46,706 nucleotides of DNA from positions 1 to 46,706 of the forward strand of contig CAIMHL010000561.1 in assembly GCA_903840825.1 (NCBI GenBank). Reading direction: 5' to 3'. The notes under the pieces are model-generated. The model did no database searches, was not told where the DNA came from, and saw only the letters and a list, made by a program, of their open reading frames with translations. Made by a program: the position numbers and the translations under genes. Origin of the DNA: an uncultured beta proteobacterium (lineage in GTDB: Bacteria > Pseudomonadota > Gammaproteobacteria > Burkholderiales > Burkholderiaceae_C). Every line of letters begins with the position of its first letter. Positions within the stretch are counted from its first letter, which is position 1. Positions 18,702 to 28,054 of this stretch are shown one piece after another.

Positions 18702-19631
18702 ATGGATACCTTCATACAACAGATCATCAACGGTCTGGTGTTGGGCAGCATGTATGCCCTTGTAGCCCTTGGCTACACCATGGTGTACGGCATCATCGGC
18801 CTCATCAACTTCGCCCACGGCGAGGTGCTGATGGTCGGTGCCCTCACCAGTTGGACCATCATTGGCCTCATGCGAGAAGCCATGCCCGGTACGCCTGGCT
18901 ATGTGATCCTCTTCATCTCACTCATCATTGCCTGTGTGGTGGCTGCGGCCCTCAACTTTGTCATTGAAAAAGTGGCTTATAGGCCCCTTCGAAACAGCCC
19001 CAAACTGGCCCCCCTGATCACGGCTATCGGCATGTCCATCTTGCTGCAAACACTGGCCATGATCATCTGGAAGCCCAACTACAAGCCTTACCCCACCTTG
19101 TTGCCTAGCACGCCTTTTAATATTGGCGGTGCGGTGATCACCCCCACCCAAGTGCTGATTTTGGCCATGACCGCCGTGTCGCTGGCTGTTTTGATGTGGG
19201 TCGTTAACTACACCAAGCTGGGTCGCGCCATGCGCGCCACGGCTGAAAACCCCCGTGTGGCCGCCTTGATGGGTGTGAAGCCCGACGTGGTGATCTCGGC
19301 CACCTTCTTGATAGGCGCCGTGTTGGCCGCTATTGCTGGGGTGATGTGGGCTGCCAACTACGGCACTGTGCAGCACACCATGGGCTTCTTGCCCGGCCTG
19401 AAAGCCTTTACGGCTGCGGTCTTTGGCGGCATTGGCAACCTCGCCGGTGCGGTGGTTGGGGGCATTTTGCTCGGCCTCATCGAGTCACTGGGTGCCGGCT
19501 ACATCGGCCAACTCACCGGTGGCGTGCTGGGCAGCCACTACTCGGATATTTTTGCATTCATCGTATTGATCATCGTACTGACCCTGCGCCCCTCGGGCTT
19601 GCTGGGTGAGCGGGTGGCTGATCGCGCTTGA
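18702..19631 (+). CDS. livH: Branched-chain amino acid ABC permease LivH
   Basis: GSMYALVALGYTMVYGIIGLINFAHGE, GRAMRA, KAFTAAVFGGIG; GGAG RBS. Confidence 0.93.
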   Translation: MDTFIQQIINGLVLGSMYALVALGYTMVYGIIGLINFAHGEVLMVGALTSWTIIGLMREAMPGTPGYVILFISLIIACVVAAALNFVIEKVAYRPLRNSPKLAPLITAIGMSILLQTLAMIIWKPNYKPYPTLLPSTPFNIGGAVITPTQVLILAMTAVSLAVLMWVVNYTKLGRAMRATAENPRVAALMGVKPDVVISATFLIGAVLAAIAGVMWAANYGTVQHTMGFLPGLKAFTAAVFGGIGNLAGAVVGGILLGLIESLGAGYIGQLTGGVLGSHYSDIFAFIVLIIVLTLRPSGLLGERVADRA

Positions 19632-19642
19632 AGGAGAACCTC

Positions 19643-20725
19643 ATGAAACAAAAACAAATCATTGCTTTCATCGCCGCCGCCATCGGCTTGCTGGTCTTGC
19701 CGCTGCTGCTGCAAGGCTTTGGCAACGCCTGGGTGCGCATTGCCGACATGGCGCTGCTCTACGTGCTCTTGGCCCTGGGCCTCAATATTGTGGTGGGCTA
19801 CGCCGGACTGCTTGACCTGGGCTATGTCGCCTTCTTCGCCATTGGCGCTTACATGTATGGCTTGCTGGCGTCGCCTCACTTGACCGACACCTTCCCCATG
19901 ATTGCGGCCATGTTCCCGAACGGCATGCATGCACCCCTGTGGATCGTGATCCCGGTGGCTGCGGGCTTGGCGGGGGTCTTTGGTGTGCTGCTGGGCGCGC
20001 CCACTTTGCGTTTGCGTGGCGACTACCTGGCCATCGTGACGCTGGGCTTTGGTGAAATCATCCGCGTGTTCCTGAACAACCTGGACCATCCGGTCAACAT
20101 CACCAACGGCCCCAAAGGCTTGAATCAGATTGACTCAGTGAGCTTTTTCGGGCTCAGCTTGGGCAAGAAAATCACGGTTTTCGACTTTGAGATTGCCTCT
20201 GTCTCGCTCTACTACTACCTGTTTTTGGCTTTGGTGCTGATCAGCGTGGTGATCTCCCACCGCTTGCAAGTCTCCCGCGTGGGGCGTGCCTGGATGGCGA
20301 TTCGTGAAGACGAAATCGCCGCTAAAGCCATGGGCATCAACACCACCCACCTCAAGCTGCTGGCTTTTGGCATGGGCGCCACCTTTGGCGGTGTCTCAGG
20401 CGCCATGTTTGCGTCTTTCCAGGGATTCATCTCGCCCGAGTCTTTCAGCTTGATGGAGTCGGTGATGATTGTGGCCATGATCGTGCTGGGCGGCATAGGT
20501 CATTTGCCCGGTGTGGTGCTGGGGGCTATTTTGCTGTCGGCCTTGCCAGAGGTGCTCCGCTACGTAGCCGGCCCCTTGCAAGCCATGACCGATGGCCGCC
20601 TTGACTCGGCCATTCTGCGTCAACTGCTCATTGCCCTGGCCATGATCAGCATCATGTTGCTGCGTCCACGGGGCTTGTGGCCCTCGCCGGACCACGGCAA
20701 ATCGCTGCAAAACAACAAAACCTGA
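19643..20725 (+). CDS. livM: Branched-chain amino acid ABC permease LivM
   Basis: GLNIVVGYAGLLDLG, LRGDYLAIVTLGFGEI, AIREDEIAA; AAGGAG RBS. Confidence 0.93.
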   Translation: MKQKQIIAFIAAAIGLLVLPLLLQGFGNAWVRIADMALLYVLLALGLNIVVGYAGLLDLGYVAFFAIGAYMYGLLASPHLTDTFPMIAAMFPNGMHAPLWIVIPVAAGLAGVFGVLLGAPTLRLRGDYLAIVTLGFGEIIRVFLNNLDHPVNITNGPKGLNQIDSVSFFGLSLGKKITVFDFEIASVSLYYYLFLALVLISVVISHRLQVSRVGRAWMAIREDEIAAKAMGINTTHLKLLAFGMGATFGGVSGAMFASFQGFISPESFSLMESVMIVAMIVLGGIGHLPGVVLGAILLSALPEVLRYVAGPLQAMTDGRLDSAILRQLLIALAMISIMLLRPRGLWPSPDHGKSLQNNKT

Positions 20726-20736
20726 ACGGAGCGACC

Positions 20737-21507
20737 ATGACAGAAACCGTACTTAACGTCTCCGGCGTTTCCAAGCGCTTTGGCGGCCTTCAGGCCCTGA
20801 GCGATGTGGGCATCAACATCAAACGCGGTCAGGTCTATGGCCTGATTGGGCCGAATGGCGCCGGTAAAACCACATTTTTCAATGTACTTACCGGGCTCTA
20901 CACGCCTGACACCGGCAGCTTTGAGCTGGCCGGAAAAACTTACCATCCCACGGCGGTGCATGAAGTGGCCAAGGCGGGTATTGCTCGCACGTTTCAAAAC
21001 ATTCGTCTGTTTGCCGAAATGACAGCGTTGGAGAACGTGATGGTGGGGCGACACATCCGCACCAAATCCGGCTTGCTGGGCGCTATTTTTCGCACCCCGG
21101 GTTTCAAAGCCGAAGAAGCGGCCATCACCCAGCGCGCCCATGAGCTGCTGGACTACGTCGGTATTGGCAAATTGGCCGATTTCAAAGCCCGTACCCTGAG
21201 CTACGGCGACCAACGTCGCTTGGAGATTGCCCGTGCTTTGGCCACCGACCCGCAACTGATTGCGTTGGACGAACCCGCTGCCGGTATGAACGCCACCGAG
21301 AAAGTGATGCTGCGCGAGTTGATCGACAAAATTCGCAACGACAACCGCACCATTTTGCTCATCGAGCACGATGTGAAGCTGGTCATGGGCTTGTGTGACC
21401 GCGTCACCGTGCTGGACTACGGCAAACAAATCGCCGAAGGCACGCCGGCTGACGTACAAAGAAACGAGAAAGTAATCGAAGCCTACCTGGGCACCAGCGG
21501 CCACTAG
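20737..21507 (+). CDS. livG: Branched-chain amino acid ABC ATPase LivG
   Basis: KRFGGL, GPNGAGKTT, ARTFQNIRLF, LSYGDQRRLEIARAL. Confidence 0.93.
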   Translation: MTETVLNVSGVSKRFGGLQALSDVGINIKRGQVYGLIGPNGAGKTTFFNVLTGLYTPDTGSFELAGKTYHPTAVHEVAKAGIARTFQNIRLFAEMTALENVMVGRHIRTKSGLLGAIFRTPGFKAEEAAITQRAHELLDYVGIGKLADFKARTLSYGDQRRLEIARALATDPQLIALDEPAAGMNATEKVMLRELIDKIRNDNRTILLIEHDVKLVMGLCDRVTVLDYGKQIAEGTPADVQRNEKVIEAYLGTSGH

Positions 21508-21529
21508 CCTGACCCTCAAGGACACACCC

Positions 21530-22246
21530 ATGACAAAAATTCTTCTAAAAGTAAAAGGCCTCAAAGTGGCCTACGGCGGCATTCAGGCGGTTAAAGGCAT
21601 TGATTTTGAGGTGCACGAGGGCGAGCTGGTCTCCTTGATCGGCTCCAACGGCGCTGGCAAAACCACCACCATGAAAGCCATCACCGGTTCACTCCCCATC
21701 AATGATGGTGACATCGAGTACCTGGGCAAAAGCATTCGCGGCCAAGGCCCGTGGGATTTGGTCGCCCAAGGCCTGGCGATGGTGCCCGAGGGGCGTGGCG
21801 TGTTTACGCGCATGACCATCACCGAAAACTTGCACATGGGCGCTTACATCCGCAACGACAAGGCCGACATTGCGGCCGACATCGACAAAGTGTTCACCAT
21901 TTTTCCGCGTCTTAAAGAGCGCCGCGACCAGTTGGCCGGCACCATGTCGGGCGGCGAACAGCAGATGCTGGCTATGGGCCGCGCCCTGATGAGCCGCCCC
22001 AAAGTGCTGCTGCTTGATGAGCCCTCCATGGGCTTGTCGCCCATCATGGTGGACAAGATTTTTGAAGTGGTGCGCGATGTCTATGCCCAAGGCGTGACCG
22101 TCTTGCTGGTCGAGCAAAACGCCAGCCGCGCCCTGTCGATTGCCAACCGGGGCTATGTGATGGAGTCAGGCTTGGTCACCATGACCGGTGATGCCAAAGA
22201 AATGCTGAACGACCCCAAGGTGCGTGCGGCCTACCTAGGCGAGTAA
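21530..22246 (+). CDS. livF: Branched-chain amino acid ABC ATPase LivF
   Basis: GSNGAGKTT, VPEGRGVF, MSGGEQQMLAMGRAL, VEQNA. Confidence 0.93.
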   Translation: MTKILLKVKGLKVAYGGIQAVKGIDFEVHEGELVSLIGSNGAGKTTTMKAITGSLPINDGDIEYLGKSIRGQGPWDLVAQGLAMVPEGRGVFTRMTITENLHMGAYIRNDKADIAADIDKVFTIFPRLKERRDQLAGTMSGGEQQMLAMGRALMSRPKVLLLDEPSMGLSPIMVDKIFEVVRDVYAQGVTVLLVEQNASRALSIANRGYVMESGLVTMTGDAKEMLNDPKVRAAYLGE

Positions 22247-22272
22247 GCCCTTTATTGCAAGGAAACGCGCTT

Positions 22273-23590
22273 ATGACTGCCCCTCATCCGGCTGAACAAC
22301 CGCGCGAGTTTCTAGCTTATCTGTTAGATGCCGCCGTCAAACGGGCGCTGCCGCTTCACAACACAGCCGCTTTTTTGCCCAAGCCGCCCAAAGGTCGCAC
22401 CCTCGTGCTGGGGGCTGGCAAAGCCGGCGGCGCTATGGCGCAAGCCGTGGAGGCTTTTTGGCCCGCAGATGCCCCACTGAGTGGCTTGGTCGTCACCCGT
22501 TATCACCATATCCCGGCGCGACCCGACGGTTTGCCCGCGCGCATAGACGTGATTGAGGCCGCCCACCCAGTGCCCGATGCTGCAGGCATGCAAGCCGCGC
22601 AGCGTATGCTGGCGCTGGCGCAGGGCATGACAAAAGACGACTTGGTGCTCTGCCTGATCTCGGGCGGCGGTTCTGCACTCATGACGCTTCCGGCCGATGG
22701 ATTGACGCTTGAAGACAAGCAGCGCATCAACAAAGCCCTGCTCAACAGTGGTGCCAACATTGCCGAGATGAACTGCGTGCGCAAGCACCTCTCGCGTATC
22801 AAAGGTGGGCGCTTGGCGCAGGCTTGTTTTCCAGCACAGGTCGTCACGCTCACCATCAGCGATGTGCCGGGCGACGACCCCCTCCATCATCGCCAGTGGG
22901 CCTACCGTAGCCGACGCCAGTACTTGCGAGGAGGCGCTTTCCATCCTCGCCCGCTACAACATTGAGGTGCCCGACGCGGTTCTGAGCTTACTCAAACGGG
23001 GTCAGCTTGAGACGCCCAAACCTGGTGACTCTGCTTTTAACGGGCATGCCTTGCACCTGATCGCTGCCCCCCAGCAGTCTCTAGAGGCGGCGGCCGAGGC
23101 GGCTCGGGCCGCTGGGCTGAATGCCTATATCTTGAGTGATGAGATGGAGGGTGAATCGCGCGAAGTGGGCAAGGTGCACGCGGCGCTAGCCCGTGCTGTG
23201 GCGCAAAAAGGGCAACCGTTCCAAAGGCCTTGTGTCTTTTTAAGTGGCGGTGAGACCACGGTGACCATCCGCCCCCAAGTCCCCGGTACGCCGCGCGGCC
23301 GGGGTGGGCGTGCTGGTGAGTTCTGTCTGGGTCTGGCCCTTGCGCTGCAGGGGCAGCCGAGCGTGTTTGCGTTGGCGGCGGATACTGACGGCATTGATGG
23401 CATCGAGGACAATGCCGGCGCCTGGGTTGCGCCCGACACCTTGGCGCGTGCAGGCGCCCTGGGCATGAAGATCGATCAGTACTTGGACCGCAATGATGCT
23501 TATGGCTATTTCCATCCCTTGGGTGATTTGGTGATCACGGGGCCCACCTTCACCAATGTCAATGATTTTCGGGTTGTACTGGTCTTGTGA
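22273..23590 (+). pseudogene. Glycerate kinase (TtuD/MOFRL family), split by a +1 frameshift
   Basis: GAGKA, HPVPD, LISGGGS and VRKHLS lie in the first ORF; IASGPT, SGGETTV, DTDGIDG and TFTNVND in the second. C5 at 22878-22882, where C4 would restore GDDPSIIASGPT. Could be a sequencing error. Confidence 0.85.
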
Positions 23591-23609
23591 TTTTTTTCTG
23601 ATCGGTTAT

Positions 23610-23623
23610 TTGATTTCAATCAA
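23610..23623. promoter_or_regulatory. FNR/Dnr-type binding site
   Basis: Perfect TTGAT-TTCA-ATCAA; -10-like CATAGT at 23646-23651. Confidence 0.85.
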
Positions 23624-23658
23624 GACTGAAGCCGTGCCTGGGCGGCATAGTCAGTCTC

Positions 23659-24282
23659 ATGCACCCAGTCCAACTATCCCAACTTCCTACTGAGAAGAAA
23701 TTTGCCATTCGGGGTGAGCTCCTGCTCAGGCGCGCTGAATCGTCGCCGTGGGTTGCTTATCTTGAGTCCGGTCGAGTCTCGATTGGTGTGATGGGTGGTG
23801 ACGCTATGGAGCACCAACTCGGGTTGCTGGAGGGGCCATGCTGGCTGGAGGCAACATCAGCCGTCTTGAGCTTGCCCAACGCCGTCGATGCCATTGCCGA
23901 GACTGATGTTTGTTGGCGTCCAATGCCTGTGTCGGAGTTTCGCCATATTTTGTCCAGGTTACCCAAGCCTGTCCAAGAGGTACTTCACGACGTGGCTAAG
24001 GCCCACCGCCAGCAAACCGAGCTAGCAGTCAGCCGCCTAGCCAAAGACGCCGAAGCCCGCTGCGCCGAATGGCTGCTGCGCCATGCCAAAACAGGTGAAA
24101 AAGGCGTGATGGCCGTGCAATTCCAAGAGCGCAAACGCTCTATTGCCGCCCAATTAGGCATTGCCCCTGAGACTCTCTCGCGCGTGCTTCGTCACCTACG
24201 TGAGCGCAGTCTCATCAGTGGCTCAGGGCGACAGATCAACTTGGTGGACCCTAATGGGCTGAGGTCTTTGGCCAGGGTGTAG
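23659..24282 (+). CDS. Crp/Fnr family regulator (Dnr/FixK-like)
   Basis: cNMP-like domain (YLESGRV), AEARCAEWLL, HTH IAAQLGIAPETLSRVL; no N-terminal FNR Cys cluster. Confidence 0.88.
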   Translation: MHPVQLSQLPTEKKFAIRGELLLRRAESSPWVAYLESGRVSIGVMGGDAMEHQLGLLEGPCWLEATSAVLSLPNAVDAIAETDVCWRPMPVSEFRHILSRLPKPVQEVLHDVAKAHRQQTELAVSRLAKDAEARCAEWLLRHAKTGEKGVMAVQFQERKRSIAAQLGIAPETLSRVLRHLRERSLISGSGRQINLVDPNGLRSLARV

Positions 24283-24775
24283 GCCGAGGTCAGCCAGAGG
24301 TTTTTTTATGAAGTTTTCATAAAAGAACCGTCGCAGGCAGACGTTATTGTTGCCGCCTTGAACTTCAATTTTGGATAGGTCAGAAAACCAGGGGATGGTT
24401 TCGTGTTGCTTTTGTGCATCCGGGTTAGCTCGGCACCTAAAGTCGGCCAATCAACACTTTAAAAAGTAGCTTTTAGGGTTTAGGAGCATAAGTAAACGGA
24501 GATATTTAAACAATAATAATCACTATTGATCATAAAATTATTTTTTCTTGTTTTTTTGAATATCTTGTGGCATTCAAACTGGGCGCTATATTGAGCGTTT
24601 AATGTCAATTAGTGTGGGTTGGCGTTGAAAACTATCATGGGAATTGGGCTGATTCCAAGAATCCAATTTGTGATGATGTTATTTACCTATTCACAATAAT
24701 TTTGAATTTTTTACTCCTTAAAAAATATCGCTGCCTCTTTGCCTGAAGAGCCGATAAATACACAGTTTTTCCAAA

Positions 24776-25462
24776 ATGCCAGTCCTCGCAATCATCAACG
24801 CTAAGGGCGGTAGTGGCAAAAGTACCGTGTCGACCACCGTTAGTGCCTATGCAGCCAAAGTAGGCGTTCAACTAATTTTGGGTGATCTTGATCCGCAGCA
24901 CTCTGTCAGAACCTGGTTGCGCTTGCGCCCCTCCTCGTTGCCGGCGATATCTGGTTGGCTGTTGGATGCTGGGCGTGCATTCCGAACACCAGTGGGAGTC
25001 ACGCACGCTATTCTTGATACGCCTAGTGGTCTGAGTGGATACCATTTGGCGCGGGTCGTTATGGCCAGTAATTTAGTGATCGTACCGGTGGCGGCATCGG
25101 CTTTTGACCGTGAAGCCGCTGAAGCCTGCATAGAAAATATGCGCCGAATGCCCCGTGTGGTCTCGGGTTTATGCGTCCTTGCCATTTTGGGCATGCGCAT
25201 ACCGAAAGGGTCATCGGCAGAGAGAGTGACACGAGCCTGGGCTGTTGGCCTCGATATTAAATTTCTCGGTGTTGTGCATTACTCGCCGCTTTACATAAGC
25301 TTGGTCGACGCGGGTTCCTCGGTTTTTGATGACGCCGGAGAAGACGCCACTGGTTTGCGTGATGACTGGATGCCTTTGATTGACTGGCTCGGCGAAACTT
25401 ACTTTGGCACGCTGCCAAAGCCAGAACCCAAGCGAGTGCCGCAGAGAATTGTCAATAATTAG
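24776..25462 (+). CDS. Orphan ParA/MinD-family ATPase; frame continues past TAG to 25741
   Basis: NAKGGSGKST deviant Walker A, GDLDPQ, ILDTP, VPVAASAFD. Confidence 0.85.
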   Translation: MPVLAIINAKGGSGKSTVSTTVSAYAAKVGVQLILGDLDPQHSVRTWLRLRPSSLPAISGWLLDAGRAFRTPVGVTHAILDTPSGLSGYHLARVVMASNLVIVPVAASAFDREAAEACIENMRRMPRVVSGLCVLAILGMRIPKGSSAERVTRAWAVGLDIKFLGVVHYSPLYISLVDAGSSVFDDAGEDATGLRDDWMPLIDWLGETYFGTLPKPEPKRVPQRIVNN

Positions 25463-25726
25463 CCACAGTGTGAACCCAATCTGGCGTCGTTTCACATTCC
25501 TCTTACTTTGTCGCCTGCAACGCTTTTAAGTACCGGCACGCAGTTGCCTGTTAGTGGCGCAACTGAAATAAATGGAAAAAATGTCAGCACAGCAGCAAAT
25601 GAAGTGACTGAACTTGCTGCACTTTCGCCTGTTGAGAATTACTCTGGCGTTGTGGACGGCGCAGCGGCCGATATGCTGGACTTACCTGTTCCCTCCCAAG
25701 GTTTTTTTGCCTCATTCAAAAGAAAA

Positions 25727-28054
25727 TTATGGGTGCCTTGAGGTCGTGCTGGCGTTAATCGCATTCAAGACGTTTTCGGCTGTCGCCGGCGCAGTCAAAT
25801 TTACATCACGCTGATTGAGTCCCCGCGCCTGCGCTACCGCATCCCTCAAAGCCTCAAACACGCTGATGGCCAGCATAAAGGGCGGCTCGCCCACGGCTTT
25901 GGAGCCAAACACGTTGTCTTCGCGGTTGGGCTCCGGCCAAAAGTCCACTTTAAAGTGCGCGGGCACATCGCCTGCAGTGGGTATTTTGTAGGTGCTGGGG
26001 GCGTGGGTGCTTAAATTTCCTTTGTCGCTCCAGACCAGTTGCTCGGTGGTGAGCCAGCCCATGCCTTGCACGAAGCCGCCTTCAATTTGCCCCAGGTCGA
26101 TGGCCGGGTTGATGCTTTGGCCTACGTCATGCAGGATGTCTACCTTCAGCACGCGGCTCTCGCCGGTCAGGGTGTCAATGGCGACTTCGGTGCAAGCTGC
26201 ACCGTAGGCAAAGTAGTAAAAGGGGCGGCCGGTGAGGGTGGCTTTGTCGTAGTGAATTTTGGGCGTGCGGTAAAAGCCGTCGCTCCAAAGCTGTATGCGG
26301 TTGGCGTAAGCCATTTTGACCACCTCGTCAAACGAGCGGGTGGTCTTTGGGGATGTGATCTTTCCCGACTCAAAGCGCACGGCCCCAGCGCCGCAGCTGT
26401 CCAAGCCGCTCACAAACTGCGCTAAATTATCGCGCACATGGCGCGCGGCAAACTGTGCAGCGCGCCCGTTGAGGTCGGTGCCGGCCGATGCCGCCGTGGC
26501 GCTGGCGTTGGGGATTTTGCTGGTGTCGGTGGCGCTCACCCGCACGCGCTCAAAGGCCACGCCCAGCTCGTCCGCCACAATTTGTGCCACCTTGGTGTTG
26601 AGACCCTGGCCCATTTCGGTGCCGCCGTGGTTGACCTCTACGCTGCCGTCCAAGTACACATGCACCAGCGCACCGGCTTGGTTAAACAGTGTGGCGGTGA
26701 ATGAAATACCAAACTTGACCGGCGTGATGGCAATGCCGCGCTGGATGACTGGGCTCTGGGCGTTGTAAGCCGAAATAGCCTCGCGGCGATGACGATAGTG
26801 CGAGGACAGCTCTAACTTTGCTAGCAATGGCTGCAAGATGTTGTCTTCCACCCGCATGCCGTAGTGCGTGGTGTTGCGCGCCTGCTCGGGCTGCGCGGGG
26901 TTGCCGGTCAGGTCTTCGTCGTAGAGGTTACTCAGGCGCACATCTAGCGCATCAAGCCCCAGGTGGCGGGCGATGTCGCTCAATATGGCTTCAATCACGA
27001 TCATGCCCTGCGGCCCACCGAAGCCGCGAAAGGCGGTGTGGCTTTGGGTGTGGAGCTTGCAGCGGTACGACGAAATGGCCACGTCTTCTAAAAAGTAGGC
27101 GTTGTCGGCGTGAAAGATGGCGCGGTCGGCCACGGGGCCGGACAGGTCGGCGCTGAAGCCGCAGTTAGCGGCCATCATGAGTTGCAAGCCGCACAGGCGA
27201 CCGGTGTCGTCAAAACCTGCGGTGTATTCATAGGCAAACGGATGGCGCTTGCCGGTGACCATGAAGTCGTCGTCGCGGTCCAGGCGCAGCTTGATGGGGC
27301 ATTTGAACTTGTGCGCCGCCACTGCCGCCCACACGGCCAGGTGGCCGGCCTGCGTTTCTTTGCCCCCAAAGCCGCCGCCCATGCGCCGGCATTCCACGCG
27401 CACGGCGTGGTTGTCCAGGCCCAAAGCGTGCGCCACCCAGTGCTGCACCTCACCGGGGTGCTGCGTGCTGGAGTGCACCACCCACTGGTTTTGCTCTTGG
27501 GGTAGCACGTAGGCAATTTGGCCTTCTAAATAGAAGTGCTCTTGCCCGCCGACCTCCAGCGTGCCGCTCAGGGTGTGCGGCGCGCACGCCAGCGCAGCAG
27601 CAGCGTCGCCCCGGTTGACAAAGACCGGCGGCAGCACATAGCTTTTGGCTTCCAGGGCAGCCTGAATGCTCAAAATGGCAGGCAGGGGGGTGATGTTGAG
27701 TTGCACACGGCGTGCCGCGTGGCGGGCCTGCATGACCGAATCAGCCACTACCAAGCCAATTACTTGGCCGATGTGCTGCACGGTGTCTGTGGCAAACACC
27801 GGCTCATCGCCCGCAAAAGCGGCCAGCATGGGGTGGCCAGGCACATCGCACGCCAACACGATGCCGCGCACGCCAGGCATGGCCCGCGCAGCGTCAGCGT
27901 TCACACCCAATAGCTGCCCGTGCGCCACGGTGGACAAAATGGGCGCAGCAAAAAGCGTGCCCCGCACCTCCGGCAAATCATCCACGTAATTGACAGCCCC
28001 CGCCACCTGCGCCACCGCACTCTCATGCACCTTGGATTGCCCTGCCGCGCTCAT
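25727..28054 (-). CDS. xdhB: Xanthine dehydrogenase molybdopterin-binding subunit
   Basis: GQEHFYLEG, RRMGGGFGGKE, AFRGFGGPQG, TPVKFGISF, SKAVGEPP. Confidence 0.95.
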   Translation of the reverse strand: MSAAGQSKVHESAVAQVAGAVNYVDDLPEVRGTLFAAPILSTVAHGQLLGVNADAARAMPGVRGIVLACDVPGHPMLAAFAGDEPVFATDTVQHIGQVIGLVVADSVMQARHAARRVQLNITPLPAILSIQAALEAKSYVLPPVFVNRGDAAAALACAPHTLSGTLEVGGQEHFYLEGQIAYVLPQEQNQWVVHSSTQHPGEVQHWVAHALGLDNHAVRVECRRMGGGFGGKETQAGHLAVWAAVAAHKFKCPIKLRLDRDDDFMVTGKRHPFAYEYTAGFDDTGRLCGLQLMMAANCGFSADLSGPVADRAIFHADNAYFLEDVAISSYRCKLHTQSHTAFRGFGGPQGMIVIEAILSDIARHLGLDALDVRLSNLYDEDLTGNPAQPEQARNTTHYGMRVEDNILQPLLAKLELSSHYRHRREAISAYNAQSPVIQRGIAITPVKFGISFTATLFNQAGALVHVYLDGSVEVNHGGTEMGQGLNTKVAQIVADELGVAFERVRVSATDTSKIPNASATAASAGTDLNGRAAQFAARHVRDNLAQFVSGLDSCGAGAVRFESGKITSPKTTRSFDEVVKMAYANRIQLWSDGFYRTPKIHYDKATLTGRPFYYFAYGAACTEVAIDTLTGESRVLKVDILHDVGQSINPAIDLGQIEGGFVQGMGWLTTEQLVWSDKGNLSTHAPSTYKIPTAGDVPAHFKVDFWPEPNREDNVFGSKAVGEPPFMLAISVFEALRDAVAQARGLNQRDVNLTAPATAENVLNAINASTTSRHP
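26763..26825 (-). repeat. 63-bp dispersed motif copy E5 (within xdhB)
   Basis: GCTAGCAAAGTTAGAGC-TGTCCTCGCA...GAGGCTATTTCGGCTTACAA. Confidence 0.7.

Noticed and set aside
25460-25462. Pyrrolysine recoding of the parA TAG
   Set aside because: No pyl genes seen and implausible for this lineage
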